Positions 8,989 through 17,491 of a stretch of 42,201 nt of DNA are shown here, one piece after another. Within the stretch, counting starts at the first letter, position 1, and each line of letters starts with the position of its first letter. The stretch covers positions 1-42,201 of the forward strand of contig DATMLR010000332.1 of the NCBI GenBank assembly GCA_035570015.1, given 5' to 3'. A program made the translations under genes and the position numbers. Source of the stretch: Puia sp. Lineage in GTDB: Bacteria > Bacteroidota > Bacteroidia > Chitinophagales > Chitinophagaceae. A model generated the notes under the pieces. The model saw only the letters and a program-made list of their open reading frames with translations. It made no database searches and was not told the origin of the DNA.

Positions 8989-10038
8989 TCAGTCATAGGG
9001 GATCAGGATCGTGATCGAACACCCTTTACCGGGAGCCGTAACGATATCCACCATTCCCTTGAAGGCCTTAGCCCGGGATTGAATACCGGCAAGACCCATC
9101 CCCTTTGGGACTTTCTGCAGGTCAAACCCGATCCCGTCATCGAACGTATAGAGAATGACCCCTGAATTGTTCTGCATGATATTGACCCGGATATTCTTTG
9201 CCTTGCTATGCCGGATGATATTATTGATCTGCTCCTGCACGATGCGGTATATCGCCACTTTCTTCTCCTCACGCAGACAATATTCGGTATCGATATCGAG
9301 CGAAGAATTGAATTTGATGTTGAACCGGCCGATGTCTCGCAGATCGTTCAGCAGCTGCGCGATCGCTGTAAGCAGGCCGGCATTTTTCAATTGGGAGGCT
9401 GCCAGCTTCCTCGACAGGCGACGCGTCTCTTCAATCGCAGCCAGGATAAGATTGGTTGTCTTTGCCTTCACTGCTTTCTCTTCCTTCGTTCTGCCTTTCA
9501 AGCCTTCGAGGTGGAGCCGGGCTGAGATCATGATCTGGATGACGTTGTCGTGCAGCTCATGGCCGATATAGGTCCGCTCCTGCTCCTGGACTTGCACGAT
9601 CGTTTCGGCGAACTTCTGCTCCTGCTCGGACCGCTCATCCGCAAAATCGCTTACATCCCAGGCTTCTCCGCCTGTTAGCGAAGCACCGCTTCCATCGATG
9701 GTATAGATATGAACCAGAAAGCTGCAGCATCTTCCATCCAGTCGGGTAAAATGATGCACCTTCCGATAGGCGACGCCGGACTGACTCACCCGGCGATGTT
9801 TTTCAGAAAAAAAAACGGCCATGTCCCTCGGGATCATTTCCTGCAGGCTCCTACCGGCAAAACCCCCTTCTGCACCAAATTGCCGGTAAAAAGCGCTGTT
9901 GACGTAAATAAGCCTGCCGCCGCCATCTGCCAACCAGAATAGAGTGCGAGCCTGGTCCATCAATGTCTTTTCGGGCATGATCTTCCATTGGCCGGCACCT
10001 CTCCACATCAAATGATTCGAATTATCCCTCTCTGTCAT
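8989..10038 (-). CDS. Soluble PAS sensor histidine kinase (HisKA_3/NarX-UhpB class)
   Basis: PAS-like 'GRLIYVNSAF', H-box 'ERTYIGHELHDNVIQ', 'YRIVQEQINNIIRHSKA', 'DDGIGFD', 'GMGL'. No TM segments. Confidence 0.9.
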   Translation of the reverse strand: MTERDNSNHLMWRGAGQWKIMPEKTLMDQARTLFWLADGGGRLIYVNSAFYRQFGAEGGFAGRSLQEMIPRDMAVFFSEKHRRVSQSGVAYRKVHHFTRLDGRCCSFLVHIYTIDGSGASLTGGEAWDVSDFADERSEQEQKFAETIVQVQEQERTYIGHELHDNVIQIMISARLHLEGLKGRTKEEKAVKAKTTNLILAAIEETRRLSRKLAASQLKNAGLLTAIAQLLNDLRDIGRFNIKFNSSLDIDTEYCLREEKKVAIYRIVQEQINNIIRHSKAKNIRVNIMQNNSGVILYTFDDGIGFDLQKVPKGMGLAGIQSRAKAFKGMVDIVTAPGKGCSITILIPYD

Positions 10039-10141
10039 CGCTAGACCCGTGGCCGTTTATGGATGCAAAATAACGTCCTCTGAACCGGATGCGGAATAGA
10101 CGGAAATATATGTCAGAAGTACACTTTTGTGAAGAGGTCTT

Positions 10142-10157
10142 GTAGAGTTTATACTAT
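10142..10157. promoter_or_regulatory. Putative response-regulator binding box (GTAG-N8-CTAT)
   Basis: GTAGAGTTTATACTAT about 105 bp upstream of the PAS kinase; matches the box at 10594. Confidence 0.4.
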
Positions 10158-10511
10158 AAGGCGCTGGACCGTCGAAACCAGTTCTTCGTCCGCAACTTCC
10201 TTGCAGAGGTAAGCGGATGCGCCGGCCTTCATGGCGTGACTGGCATAGTCCTCATCGCAATAAATGCTTAATAATAAGACCGGTAAGTGCGGATGTGAAA
10301 CGCGGATATGCCGCAGCGCCTCCAGTCCGCTCACCTCGGGCATTGCGATATCGGCGATTACCAGGTCCCATTCTTCCGTGAGAGCTTGGCGCAGCAGTCC
10401 GTCACCGTCGGCGACCTCCTCGATCTTCGAAAATGGAAATTCGTCCAGCAGGATCTGCTTCAGCCGCTGGCGAATAGCAGTATGGTCGTCCGCAAGCAAA
10501 ATCTTGATCAT
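10149..10511 (-). CDS. Receiver-only response regulator (NarL/UvrY-type receiver lacking HTH)
   Basis: 'ILLADDH', 'DLVIADIAMP', 'PVLLLS', 'AGASAYLCK'. Ends right after the receiver domain. Confidence 0.88.
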   Translation of the reverse strand: MIKILLADDHTAIRQRLKQILLDEFPFSKIEEVADGDGLLRQALTEEWDLVIADIAMPEVSGLEALRHIRVSHPHLPVLLLSIYCDEDYASHAMKAGASAYLCKEVADEELVSTVQRLIV

Positions 10512-10593
10512 TGGTTAAGGGGGTGTGGATTAAACAGGTATAAATGTACGGCGGCCAAATTCGGTGGGAAATAAACGAATCAATAAGAGTTGT

Positions 10594-10609
10594 GTAGAAT
10601 TTTGACTAC
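10594..10609. promoter_or_regulatory. Putative response-regulator binding box (GTAG-N8-CTAC)
   Basis: GTAGAATTTTGACTAC inverted repeat about 85 bp upstream of the receiver-only gene. Confidence 0.45.
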
Positions 10610-10613
10610 GGGC

Positions 10614-11240
10614 CTAGATCAGCCCGTTCTCCAGCGCATATCGCGCTAGTTCAGCGTTCGCCTTCATCTTCATTTTCTCCATGATCCGGCTGCGATATGT
10701 GCTGATGGTTGTCGGGCTCAGCGACAGCTGCATCGCAATCTCCGAGATGGTCTTTCCGGCGGCCAGCAACTTCATGACATGGAATTCCCGGTCGGACAGC
10801 AGCTCGTGCGGAGGCCGCTCCTTGTCGACGCTCAGGTCGCTGGCGAGCTTCTCGGCCACGGCCGGCGTAATGTATTTCCGGCCCTGCAGAATCCGCTGTA
10901 TCGCCTTCACAAGCTCAGTTGGAGCGGCGTCCTTATTGATATAGCCGGAGGCCCCGGCCTTAAAGACCCGGGTGGCGTATTGCTCCTCGGGGAAGATACT
11001 CAGGATCAGCACGGGCAGCTGCGGTTGATATTGCCGGAGCTGCTGCAAGGTCTCCAGAACGCTCCGGCCCGGCATCATCAGGTCGCTGATGACGACATCC
11101 CAGCTGCCATCCAGCGCCCGCTGCAACAGCGTGTCGGCATCCCCCACCTGCTCGATCTCGGCGGAGGGCCAGGCTTCCAGCAGGATCTCTGAAAGACCTC
11201 TGCGGACAATGGCATGATCGTCTGCAATCAGAATGCGCAT
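10614..11240 (-). CDS. NarL/UvrY (LuxR-HTH) family response regulator
   Basis: 'MRILIADDHAIVRRG', 'DVVISDLMMP', HTH 'LSDREFHVMKLLAAGKTISEIAMQLSLSPTTISTYRSRI'. Start placed at ATG 11240. Confidence 0.95.
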   Translation of the reverse strand: MRILIADDHAIVRRGLSEILLEAWPSAEIEQVGDADTLLQRALDGSWDVVISDLMMPGRSVLETLQQLRQYQPQLPVLILSIFPEEQYATRVFKAGASGYINKDAAPTELVKAIQRILQGRKYITPAVAEKLASDLSVDKERPPHELLSDREFHVMKLLAAGKTISEIAMQLSLSPTTISTYRSRIMEKMKMKANAELARYALENGLI

Positions 11241-11247
11241 GTTCCAC

Positions 11248-12897
11248 TTATTGGGTTCCCAGGGACGGTTGCTGTTGCGACTGGAGCGGCACACTGAAAC
11301 GAAGGCTGGTGCCTTTGCCCGGCTGACTGTCGATCTCATAAGCTCCTTTCATCATCAGCGTACGCTCTTTCATGCCCAACAACCCCAGGGTTTTTTTCTT
11401 TTTTGCCGCCGCCGGATCGAATCCCTTTCCATTATCCATGATCGTGAGGATCAGGCGGTCCTCTTCCGTGTACAGCCTTGCGGAAACATCTGTTGCTTCG
11501 GCGTGCCGTGCGATATTGGTCAGCGTTTCCTGGAAGATGCGGAACAGCCCCGTCGTTATCGCAGGTTCCACCTTCAGGGATTCCTCCGGGCAGTCGAGCT
11601 CGATGCGAATGCCCGTTCTTTTCTGAAAATCACGTGCCAGCCATTTGAGCGCTTCAAGCAGCCCGAGGTCGTCCAGGATGCTGGGTCTGAGCTGGGTGGA
11701 AATGCGGCGGATGCTATGGATCATTTCCGTCAGCATCGTCAGGACGCCGGCGATCCGCTCCTTGATGACCGTATCCTCCGTGATCTTCCGGTCCAGCCAG
11801 GATACGTCCAGCTTGATCGCCGTCAGCTGTTGACCCAGCTCGTCATGGATCTCCCGCGCGATGGCGGCCCGCTCTTCTTCTCGGACATTCTGAAGACTGG
11901 AAGCCAGGTCGCGCAGGTCTTCCTCACTTTGGCGGAGCAGATTCTCAGCCTCTTTGAGCCGCGAGATATCGAAACCGATCCCCAATACACAAGGCTTATC
12001 CCGGTAGGTGATCTTTATACCGGAGAAATAGAACGGGATATTGTCGCCGGCACGGGTCGTCAGCTCCGCTTCGACGTCACAGTGGCCTGTAACGAACACG
12101 CCTTCCGTCTTTTGGCGGATCAGCTCCCGTTGTTTACCCTGAAAGAAATCCAGTACGTTCATTTCCGTGAATTCTTCGCGAGAGTAGCCTGAGACCTCTT
12201 CGAACCGGTTGTTCCAGCGCTGGAAGTGCAGGTGCTCGTCATACATGTAGAAGACCCCCGGGAGCACATTGATGATCGAATCGGAGAATTGCTTTTCGAT
12301 CCGGAGACCTTTCTCCGCCTTCTTCCGAAGCTCCTCCTTTTCGAAGATCTCAAGCGTAAAAGAAATATCGCGGACGACCTCATCGAGCATTCGGACCTCT
12401 TCCTCGTCGAAGAAATCGTACTCATCGGAGTAAAGGCTGAAGATTCCATAGAGCTCGCCAAACTTAAAGATCGGTAATGCCATCGACGACCGGTAGCCTC
12501 GCCGCATGGCTTCATCTTTCCAGGGCCGGATCGCCGGATCGGTCCGGATGTCGTTACAGATATAGTGCCGCTGCTCCCGCATGGCGGTCCCCGTCGGGCC
12601 CATCCCCGTCGGTATGGGGTCGAGGCTCACTTTGATCAGGCTGAGATAGCCGTCGTCATGACCCGCATGACAGGCAGGCACGACGATCCGGTTCTCCTGG
12701 TCGATGATGCCCACCCAGGCCATCCGGAACTTCCCGGAGTCCACGATCACCGAACATAGGCGGCGGAAAAGGTCATCCGCTTCCCGGGCATAGATGATCA
12801 TCTTATTGACCTGGCTGATGGTAGCGTACAAGCGCCGGGATTTCTCGAGTTTTTCTTCCTGCAGCTTGCTTTTCCTGGAGAATAGACGTTGCAACAA
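11248..12897 (-). CDS. Soluble GAF-PAS sensor histidine kinase (HisKA_3)
   Basis: GAF 'FRMAWVG...GPTGTAMRE...GYRSSMALP', PAS, H-box 'IAREIHDELGQQLT', 'LRPSILDDLGL', 'DNGKGFD'. TTG start is uncertain. Confidence 0.93.
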   Translation of the reverse strand: MLQRLFSRKSKLQEEKLEKSRRLYATISQVNKMIIYAREADDLFRRLCSVIVDSGKFRMAWVGIIDQENRIVVPACHAGHDDGYLSLIKVSLDPIPTGMGPTGTAMREQRHYICNDIRTDPAIRPWKDEAMRRGYRSSMALPIFKFGELYGIFSLYSDEYDFFDEEEVRMLDEVVRDISFTLEIFEKEELRKKAEKGLRIEKQFSDSIINVLPGVFYMYDEHLHFQRWNNRFEEVSGYSREEFTEMNVLDFFQGKQRELIRQKTEGVFVTGHCDVEAELTTRAGDNIPFYFSGIKITYRDKPCVLGIGFDISRLKEAENLLRQSEEDLRDLASSLQNVREEERAAIAREIHDELGQQLTAIKLDVSWLDRKITEDTVIKERIAGVLTMLTEMIHSIRRISTQLRPSILDDLGLLEALKWLARDFQKRTGIRIELDCPEESLKVEPAITTGLFRIFQETLTNIARHAEATDVSARLYTEEDRLILTIMDNGKGFDPAAAKKKKTLGLLGMKERTLMMKGAYEIDSQPGKGTSLRFSVPLQSQQQPSLGTQ

Positions 12898-13131
12898 AGG
12901 ACGCCGGTTTTAGGTTCCTGATCAAATTTTGTAGTTCTGGTATTATAAGATACAGCGATTAATCAGCTTTGTTGATTTTTTTGTTGCATTTTATTTGACT
13001 ACCCTGAAAATGAGGCATTTATGCGCCGTTAACCCTTGATTAGCATATATAAGGGTTTCTTTAATAAACATCCGGGCTTCTCACCGCTCCAATATGGGTA
13101 AAAATTATTGACCCGACTTAAAATCACTATT

Positions 13132-13245
13132 ATGAAAAAGAAATTCCTGATCATCGCCCTGCTCCTGGCCACCGTCGGCTTCTGCTCGACCGGCTGTTAT
13201 TGCGTACGGTGCCATCCCTACTACCATCATGGCTGGTATCGTTAG
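13132..13245 (+). CDS. Small (37 aa) putative lipoprotein MKKKFLIIALLLATVGFCSTGCYCVRCHPYYHHGWYR, absent from the ORF track
   Basis: Translated by hand. Lys-rich n-region, hydrophobic h-region, lipobox-like STG-C, A at -3 in an AT-rich leader, GC-rich codon usage inside an AT-rich spacer, and a + strand terminator downstream. Confidence 0.75.
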   Translation: MKKKFLIIALLLATVGFCSTGCYCVRCHPYYHHGWYR

Positions 13246-13278
13246 ACAACCCCCGTTTTTGGATCCACTCTAAAGCAC

Positions 13279-13307
13279 AGGAGACCGGTAGACCGGTCTC
13301 CTTTTTT
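13279..13307 (+). terminator. Rho-independent terminator after the small lipoprotein gene
   Basis: AGGAGACCGGT-ag-ACCGGTCTCCT followed by a T-run on the + strand. Confidence 0.85.
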
Positions 13308-13318
13308 ATGAGTCAGCG

Positions 13319-14536
13319 CTATTCTATGGCCCGCATGACTTTCCCGTAATCGTTGTCGCTTTGAATCGACTTCGCGGCTGCCTGGTATGCCGCCCGAAGA
13401 GAATCGGTTCGCGGCATTTTTGATGCTATTTCCGGCAGCAGATCACTTTTTATATAATCCGCCTGGAGGGCGCCGGTTGCCCGGATCAGGCCGGACCACT
13501 CCGCATCGGTCGTAGGCGGCAGGCCGATCAGTTTCTGAAGAATCTCTTTTTGGTCCTCCGGCGACTCAAACCGGCCGGCGATCGCCAACACCGTATCGAA
13601 TTGGTCGATTGGCAGTGTTTCCTTCGGTCGGATCAACCTATCGAGGTATTGCAGCAGCAGGTCCTTTTTCATATAGGCGGGGCCCAACTGCCCAACGGCG
13701 CGTAACCAGGGTTGAGCGTAAGCGGAATCGTGCATCCGCACCTGCGGCAGATCGACCAGGTTTTTGTAAAGATCCTGCTGGTCGGGCTCCGATCGGAACC
13801 GGCTGGTGATGGCCAGGACGGTGTCGAAACGATCGGCCGGCAGGCTGCTGTCGATATATTTATTCAGGAGGTCCTTTTTCATATATGAAGCATCGATATG
13901 ACCGACGGCTTTGAGCCATTCCTGCGCGACAGCGGAATCCCTTAATTGCTCCCGCGGAATCAGCCCTAAGAAGTGTTGCTGATCGATCGAATTGTTGGAA
14001 TTGTCGACGAGCCGCAGCAATTCGATCCGTTGCGGGGTCGTCAGGGTATCGGCCCGGAGCAGTCGATTGAGATAGGGATCACGTCCGCCTTCTATTTTGA
14101 TCCGGGAAAGCTCCGCCAGCAGAGCGGGAACGCCACCTTGCTGATAGATGCGCTCCGCGCGCTGCTCGCCAAAAAAGCCGAGCCGGATCATCTTTTGGAT
14201 CTGCGCCGCGATAAAGTTCCGGCCGCTATCGTTCATTGGCAGTTCTTCACGCCCGTCGTTCAGCGTGTACGTGATCCTGCCCTGCAGGTCGCTTTCCGCG
14301 TTCATGATCGTGTCGTTTTCCCGGAACTTCAGGTGGCCGCCCGGACTGATCTCCGCGATTGTTCGGTCATCATCACTCAGCCGGTACTTCCCTGACCACC
14401 AAATGCCTTCGATATAGTTGTCACCCTTGGTGATCATCGTACCCTGATCGCGTCCGTTATGCCACATCTCTAGCCGGGGGTAGGAGAGGCGAAGCAGGAT
14501 CAGACCGATGGCAATCAGGAAAAAAGTGAGTTTCAT
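13319..14536 (-). CDS. Exported or membrane-anchored hypothetical protein with helical repeats (70-aa internal duplication)
   Basis: N-terminal hydrophobic segment. The unit 'W L.AVG....YMKKDLL..Y.D...LP.D.FDTVLAI..RF.S..DQ' occurs twice. Last gene of the ECF operon. Confidence 0.8.
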   Translation of the reverse strand: MKLTFFLIAIGLILLRLSYPRLEMWHNGRDQGTMITKGDNYIEGIWWSGKYRLSDDDRTIAEISPGGHLKFRENDTIMNAESDLQGRITYTLNDGREELPMNDSGRNFIAAQIQKMIRLGFFGEQRAERIYQQGGVPALLAELSRIKIEGGRDPYLNRLLRADTLTTPQRIELLRLVDNSNNSIDQQHFLGLIPREQLRDSAVAQEWLKAVGHIDASYMKKDLLNKYIDSSLPADRFDTVLAITSRFRSEPDQQDLYKNLVDLPQVRMHDSAYAQPWLRAVGQLGPAYMKKDLLLQYLDRLIRPKETLPIDQFDTVLAIAGRFESPEDQKEILQKLIGLPPTTDAEWSGLIRATGALQADYIKSDLLPEIASKMPRTDSLRAAYQAAAKSIQSDNDYGKVMRAIE

Positions 14537-14540
14537 CGGA

Positions 14541-14975
14541 TTAATTTTTGGAGCGTTTGGCAGTAAAATAATAGACGATAAGGCCAGCCGCGACGCAAAG
14601 CGCCATGATCGCCAGCGAATGCAGGCCGTAAGGCTCGGTCATGTCGATGATCAGGAAGCCGACCCCAACCCCCGCCAGGGCGCAGACCCATTGCAGGATT
14701 GAATTAAACGGGTTGGGCTTATCCGGCTGGAGGAGCTGGGTGACGAGCGGGTCGGATGTCTGCCGCTCCAGGATCTTGTTCTTCAGGCGGAAATCGAAAT
14801 TGGACCGTACGAGCTGAAGGATAAAAGACGAAATGAGGTAAATGATAAGAAGCACCGCGATAATATGGATCAGATCGAAAATGAATTCTCTGTTGATCAG
14901 GGGTTCCGGTTTGTCCTGTGCAAATGCGGCAATGCTTACGCTCAGTGCGGCAAAAATGATTACAGCCTTTTTCAT
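14541..14975 (-). CDS. Small membrane protein (DUF6249-like) of the ECF operon
   Basis: Signal peptide plus three TM helices; 'RLKNKILE...LQWVCALAGVGVG...AAGLIVYY'. Confidence 0.7.
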   Translation of the reverse strand: MKKAVIIFAALSVSIAAFAQDKPEPLINREFIFDLIHIIAVLLIIYLISSFILQLVRSNFDFRLKNKILERQTSDPLVTQLLQPDKPNPFNSILQWVCALAGVGVGFLIIDMTEPYGLHSLAIMALCVAAGLIVYYFTAKRSKN

Positions 14976-14981
14976 GTTTTA

Positions 14982-15416
14982 TTAGTTTATGAGATTAATG
15001 ACGTCCTGATATTTTTTATAAAGCCGAAGAAGAAAGAACCCGAAGACGATCCCCGCGGCTGCCAGCAGCACCCAATAGAAGGCGGCCGACATATCGGTGA
15101 ATACGAAGTAGGCGCTCCGCCGGAATAGCCACGCCGGAACGATGATAGATCCTGCGATAAGGGCCGCTGTCAGCATCGGGCCCCCTTGCCGTTTCCGCTG
15201 CGGCGTCTGTAGATTCGCGATCACTGCCGCGGCCAGGTCAAAATTGAAGGTGGGTGCGGGCTGCTCCTTCAACGCGTCCGCGAGCACCATGTAAGCCGCT
15301 GCCGCCTCCTGACATTCCGGGCAGCCTGCGATGTGATCGATCTCTCCCGGCGCGCAGGCCGCGGGGGCCAGTACATATTGTTGCAGCGCTTCGTCCGACG
15401 GATGTGTTCCGCTCAT
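14982..15416 (-). CDS. Zinc-binding (ZAS/zf-HC2) anti-sigma factor
   Basis: 'HPSDEALQQY...HIAGCPEC' (HxxxCxxC) plus two TM helices. Overlaps the sigma gene stop (ATGA). Confidence 0.85.
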   Translation of the reverse strand: MSGTHPSDEALQQYVLAPAACAPGEIDHIAGCPECQEAAAAYMVLADALKEQPAPTFNFDLAAAVIANLQTPQRKRQGGPMLTAALIAGSIIVPAWLFRRSAYFVFTDMSAAFYWVLLAAAGIVFGFFLLRLYKKYQDVINLIN

Positions 15417-16009
15417 AGCTTTTCTTTTTTATAAAACATCGTCTCTTTTAGTTGTTTTCTCGCCCGGAACAGGTAGCTCTTTACCGTCCCCTCCGGAAGG
15501 CCGGTGATCCCAGCGATCTCCTGATACGACAGTTCCTCCTGGTGATAGAGGCTGATCAACGTCTGATATAGCGGCGGCAGCCTCGCGATCGCGGCGGCCA
15601 AAATGCCCCTCCGCTCTTTAAGCAGCAGCATCCGGTCGGTCTCCTCCTCCGCCCGGAAGAGCTCGGGCCGGCCCCCGCCATCCGGATCATCCGAGTCCGA
15701 CGCAGGCGGGTCATAGATGGCCAGTTGCCGCTTCTGCAGCCGGTTGAGACAGGTGTTGTAGGCGATCTGCCCCACCCAGGTAGACAGCTTGGATTGAAAC
15801 TTGAACCCTTTCAGGTGCTGATAGACTTTCAGGTAGACATCCTGCGCAACGTCCTTACGGTCTTCTTCATTCCGGATCAGCTGATGAACGATCCGGGCCA
15901 CGAGACCTTCGGTCATGCCGATCAACTGGCTAAACGCTTGCATCTCGCCGCGCAACACCTTGTCGACGAGCTGTCTGTCAGTTAGAATATTCCGCGGCTG
16001 GTGGATCAC
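15413..16009 (-). CDS. ECF RNA polymerase sigma factor (SigW/RpoE-like)
   Basis: Region 2 'DVAQDVYLKVY...FQSKLSTWVGQIAYNTCLN'; region 4 'LSYQEIAGITGLPEGTVKSYLFRARK'. GTG start. Confidence 0.95.
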   Translation of the reverse strand: MIHQPRNILTDRQLVDKVLRGEMQAFSQLIGMTEGLVARIVHQLIRNEEDRKDVAQDVYLKVYQHLKGFKFQSKLSTWVGQIAYNTCLNRLQKRQLAIYDPPASDSDDPDGGGRPELFRAEEETDRMLLLKERRGILAAAIARLPPLYQTLISLYHQEELSYQEIAGITGLPEGTVKSYLFRARKQLKETMFYKKEKL

Positions 16010-16017
16010 TGGAGAGA

Positions 16018-16046
16018 TTAGACCGGATGGTTATTCAAATGTTGCA
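16018..16046 (-). promoter_or_regulatory. Putative autoregulatory ECF promoter (TGCAAC-N17-GTCTAA)
   Basis: Minus strand reads TGCAAC atttgaataaccatccg GTCTAA, ending 8 bp before the GTG start. Fits the AAC/GTC ECF consensus. Confidence 0.65.
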
Positions 16047-16109
16047 ATTTATTTGAGCAATCCGGATATTTTTCGCCAGATCGGCGCGGAGGAGCCGGCC
16101 GGAAACGCG

Positions 16110-17357
16110 CTAATGTCTGACCCAGATAGCGGTGGCAGTACCATAACCTTGCAGGGATACGGTGCTTAACATCGTAGATGCGGCCGGGCTTGCGCTGGTC
16201 CAGATGCTGTAGGAGGGTCCGGAATTGGCGGTATAGACGATCGTACTGTCCGCCGTAACAGCGTTCACCGTCGGTCCGCCGACATAATAACCCGGGTACG
16301 ACGGCCCCCATGTCCAGGGATTTGTGTAATTATCATAGTAACCGGTAGATGACCCTGCCAGATAAAGGGAGTTGTCGTTGCCGAATAACCCGATAGTGGA
16401 AGTACTCAGCGCCTGCCCAAGGCCGTCTTTCCAAAGTATACCGCCTCCCATATTGCCCGCGACGTATAGATCGGTGCCGACAACGGCGATCCCGGTGGTT
16501 GAGGCATCCGCTATTCCGTCGGACAACGTTGTCGGGTTTGCATTTTTCCAGTAAAGCGCAACATGATTGGAACTGTTGGATTGAGCCCGGTAGCCGGCGA
16601 TATAGACGTCGTTGCCGACAATAGTAAGCGCGTTGGCGTAAGAATTCACCGTGTCACCCAGTAAAGCTGTCGGCTGCCCGTTCACCCAGACCGTTGCGAC
16701 ATCGTGGTTGCCGTTGTTTAGGTAGCCGGCTACATAGACATTTTGTCCCGCGACCTGGATAGCATAAGGCTGTGCATCCTGGGTGGTTATATTCGATAGA
16801 GATCCTGCCACTCCGTTTTTCCAAACGATAGCATATCGTTTTAGGCCATAATATTGATAACCGCAGGCGTAGATGTCGTCGTCAGCCGTGGTAATGCCGG
16901 TGGCAACAACACTGGGACCCGCAAGGAGGAGCGTCACCAGGTTGAAAGGTATTCCGTTATCCCAATAATAAGCGAAAGAGCCGCCCACATCCGGATTCCC
17001 CGGATTAAGGACCAGCCACCCCGCCACCAGGATATCGTCAATATAGGTAAAAGTAGGACCGGCAGTAGTGCCTCCCGTGGTCCTTTTGACAAGCATCGCC
17101 CCCGTATGGGTAGTCGGCACCGTTAAGACAATAGTGGTATCGCTGATCTGCATGATCGGGGCCATTGCCCCATCGATGGTAACGTATCCGTTTATACTAT
17201 CGAAACCTTCGCCTCTGATCGTGACGACGGTCCCAAAATGCCCGATTTCCGGCGTGACAGATCGGATAATGCCGGCTCCGTCAACCGAACCTTTTCGACA
17301 GGCAAGGGACATTACCAGGATTGTCACCCCTAAGGTTATAATGGCTATTTTCTTCAT
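16110..17357 (-). CDS. IPT/TIG-domain lipoprotein with beta-propeller-like 'VYVAG...A..WKNG' repeats
   Basis: Lipobox 'MSLAC'; IPT 'IRSVTPEIGHFGTVVTIRGEGF...SDTTIVLTVP'; about 5 repeats of DVYIAGY...ALYWKN. Start placed at ATG 17357. Confidence 0.82.
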   Translation of the reverse strand: MKKIAIITLGVTILVMSLACRKGSVDGAGIIRSVTPEIGHFGTVVTIRGEGFDSINGYVTIDGAMAPIMQISDTTIVLTVPTTHTGAMLVKRTTGGTTAGPTFTYIDDILVAGWLVLNPGNPDVGGSFAYYWDNGIPFNLVTLLLAGPSVVATGITTADDDIYACGYQYYGLKRYAIVWKNGVAGSLSNITTQDAQPYAIQVAGQNVYVAGYLNNGNHDVATVWVNGQPTALLGDTVNSYANALTIVGNDVYIAGYRAQSNSSNHVALYWKNANPTTLSDGIADASTTGIAVVGTDLYVAGNMGGGILWKDGLGQALSTSTIGLFGNDNSLYLAGSSTGYYDNYTNPWTWGPSYPGYYVGGPTVNAVTADSTIVYTANSGPSYSIWTSASPAASTMLSTVSLQGYGTATAIWVRH

Positions 17358-17491
17358 TCGAGCCTTAAGATAATACAAATGATCGGATTCCCCCAATGCC
17401 CCTGCCTACGGACCATTCATCCCAATCGGTTCTTTTGATTTTTACTTTATCTTCCCGCTTTGGTCAGACTACCATTAACCTCAAACAATCT

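Noticed and set aside
8464-8998. ORFs 8464-8766 and 8510-8998 starting in the palindromic intergenic region
   Set aside because: They run antisense to the response regulator and do not look protein-like.
9807-9815. A9 homopolymer in the PAS kinase (and T10 at 32867-32876) as phase-variation tracts
   Set aside because: The gene is in frame and the tract simply encodes Val-Phe-Phe-Ser. The T10 lies upstream of a -33 element like an ordinary A-tract. No evidence of variation from one sequence.
11233-12192. 319-aa + strand ORF, and similar long antisense or alternate-frame ORFs (e.g. 3320-4024, 24051-24893, 29066-29737, 36848-37657)
   Set aside because: They fully overlap well-supported genes and have no recognisable domains.
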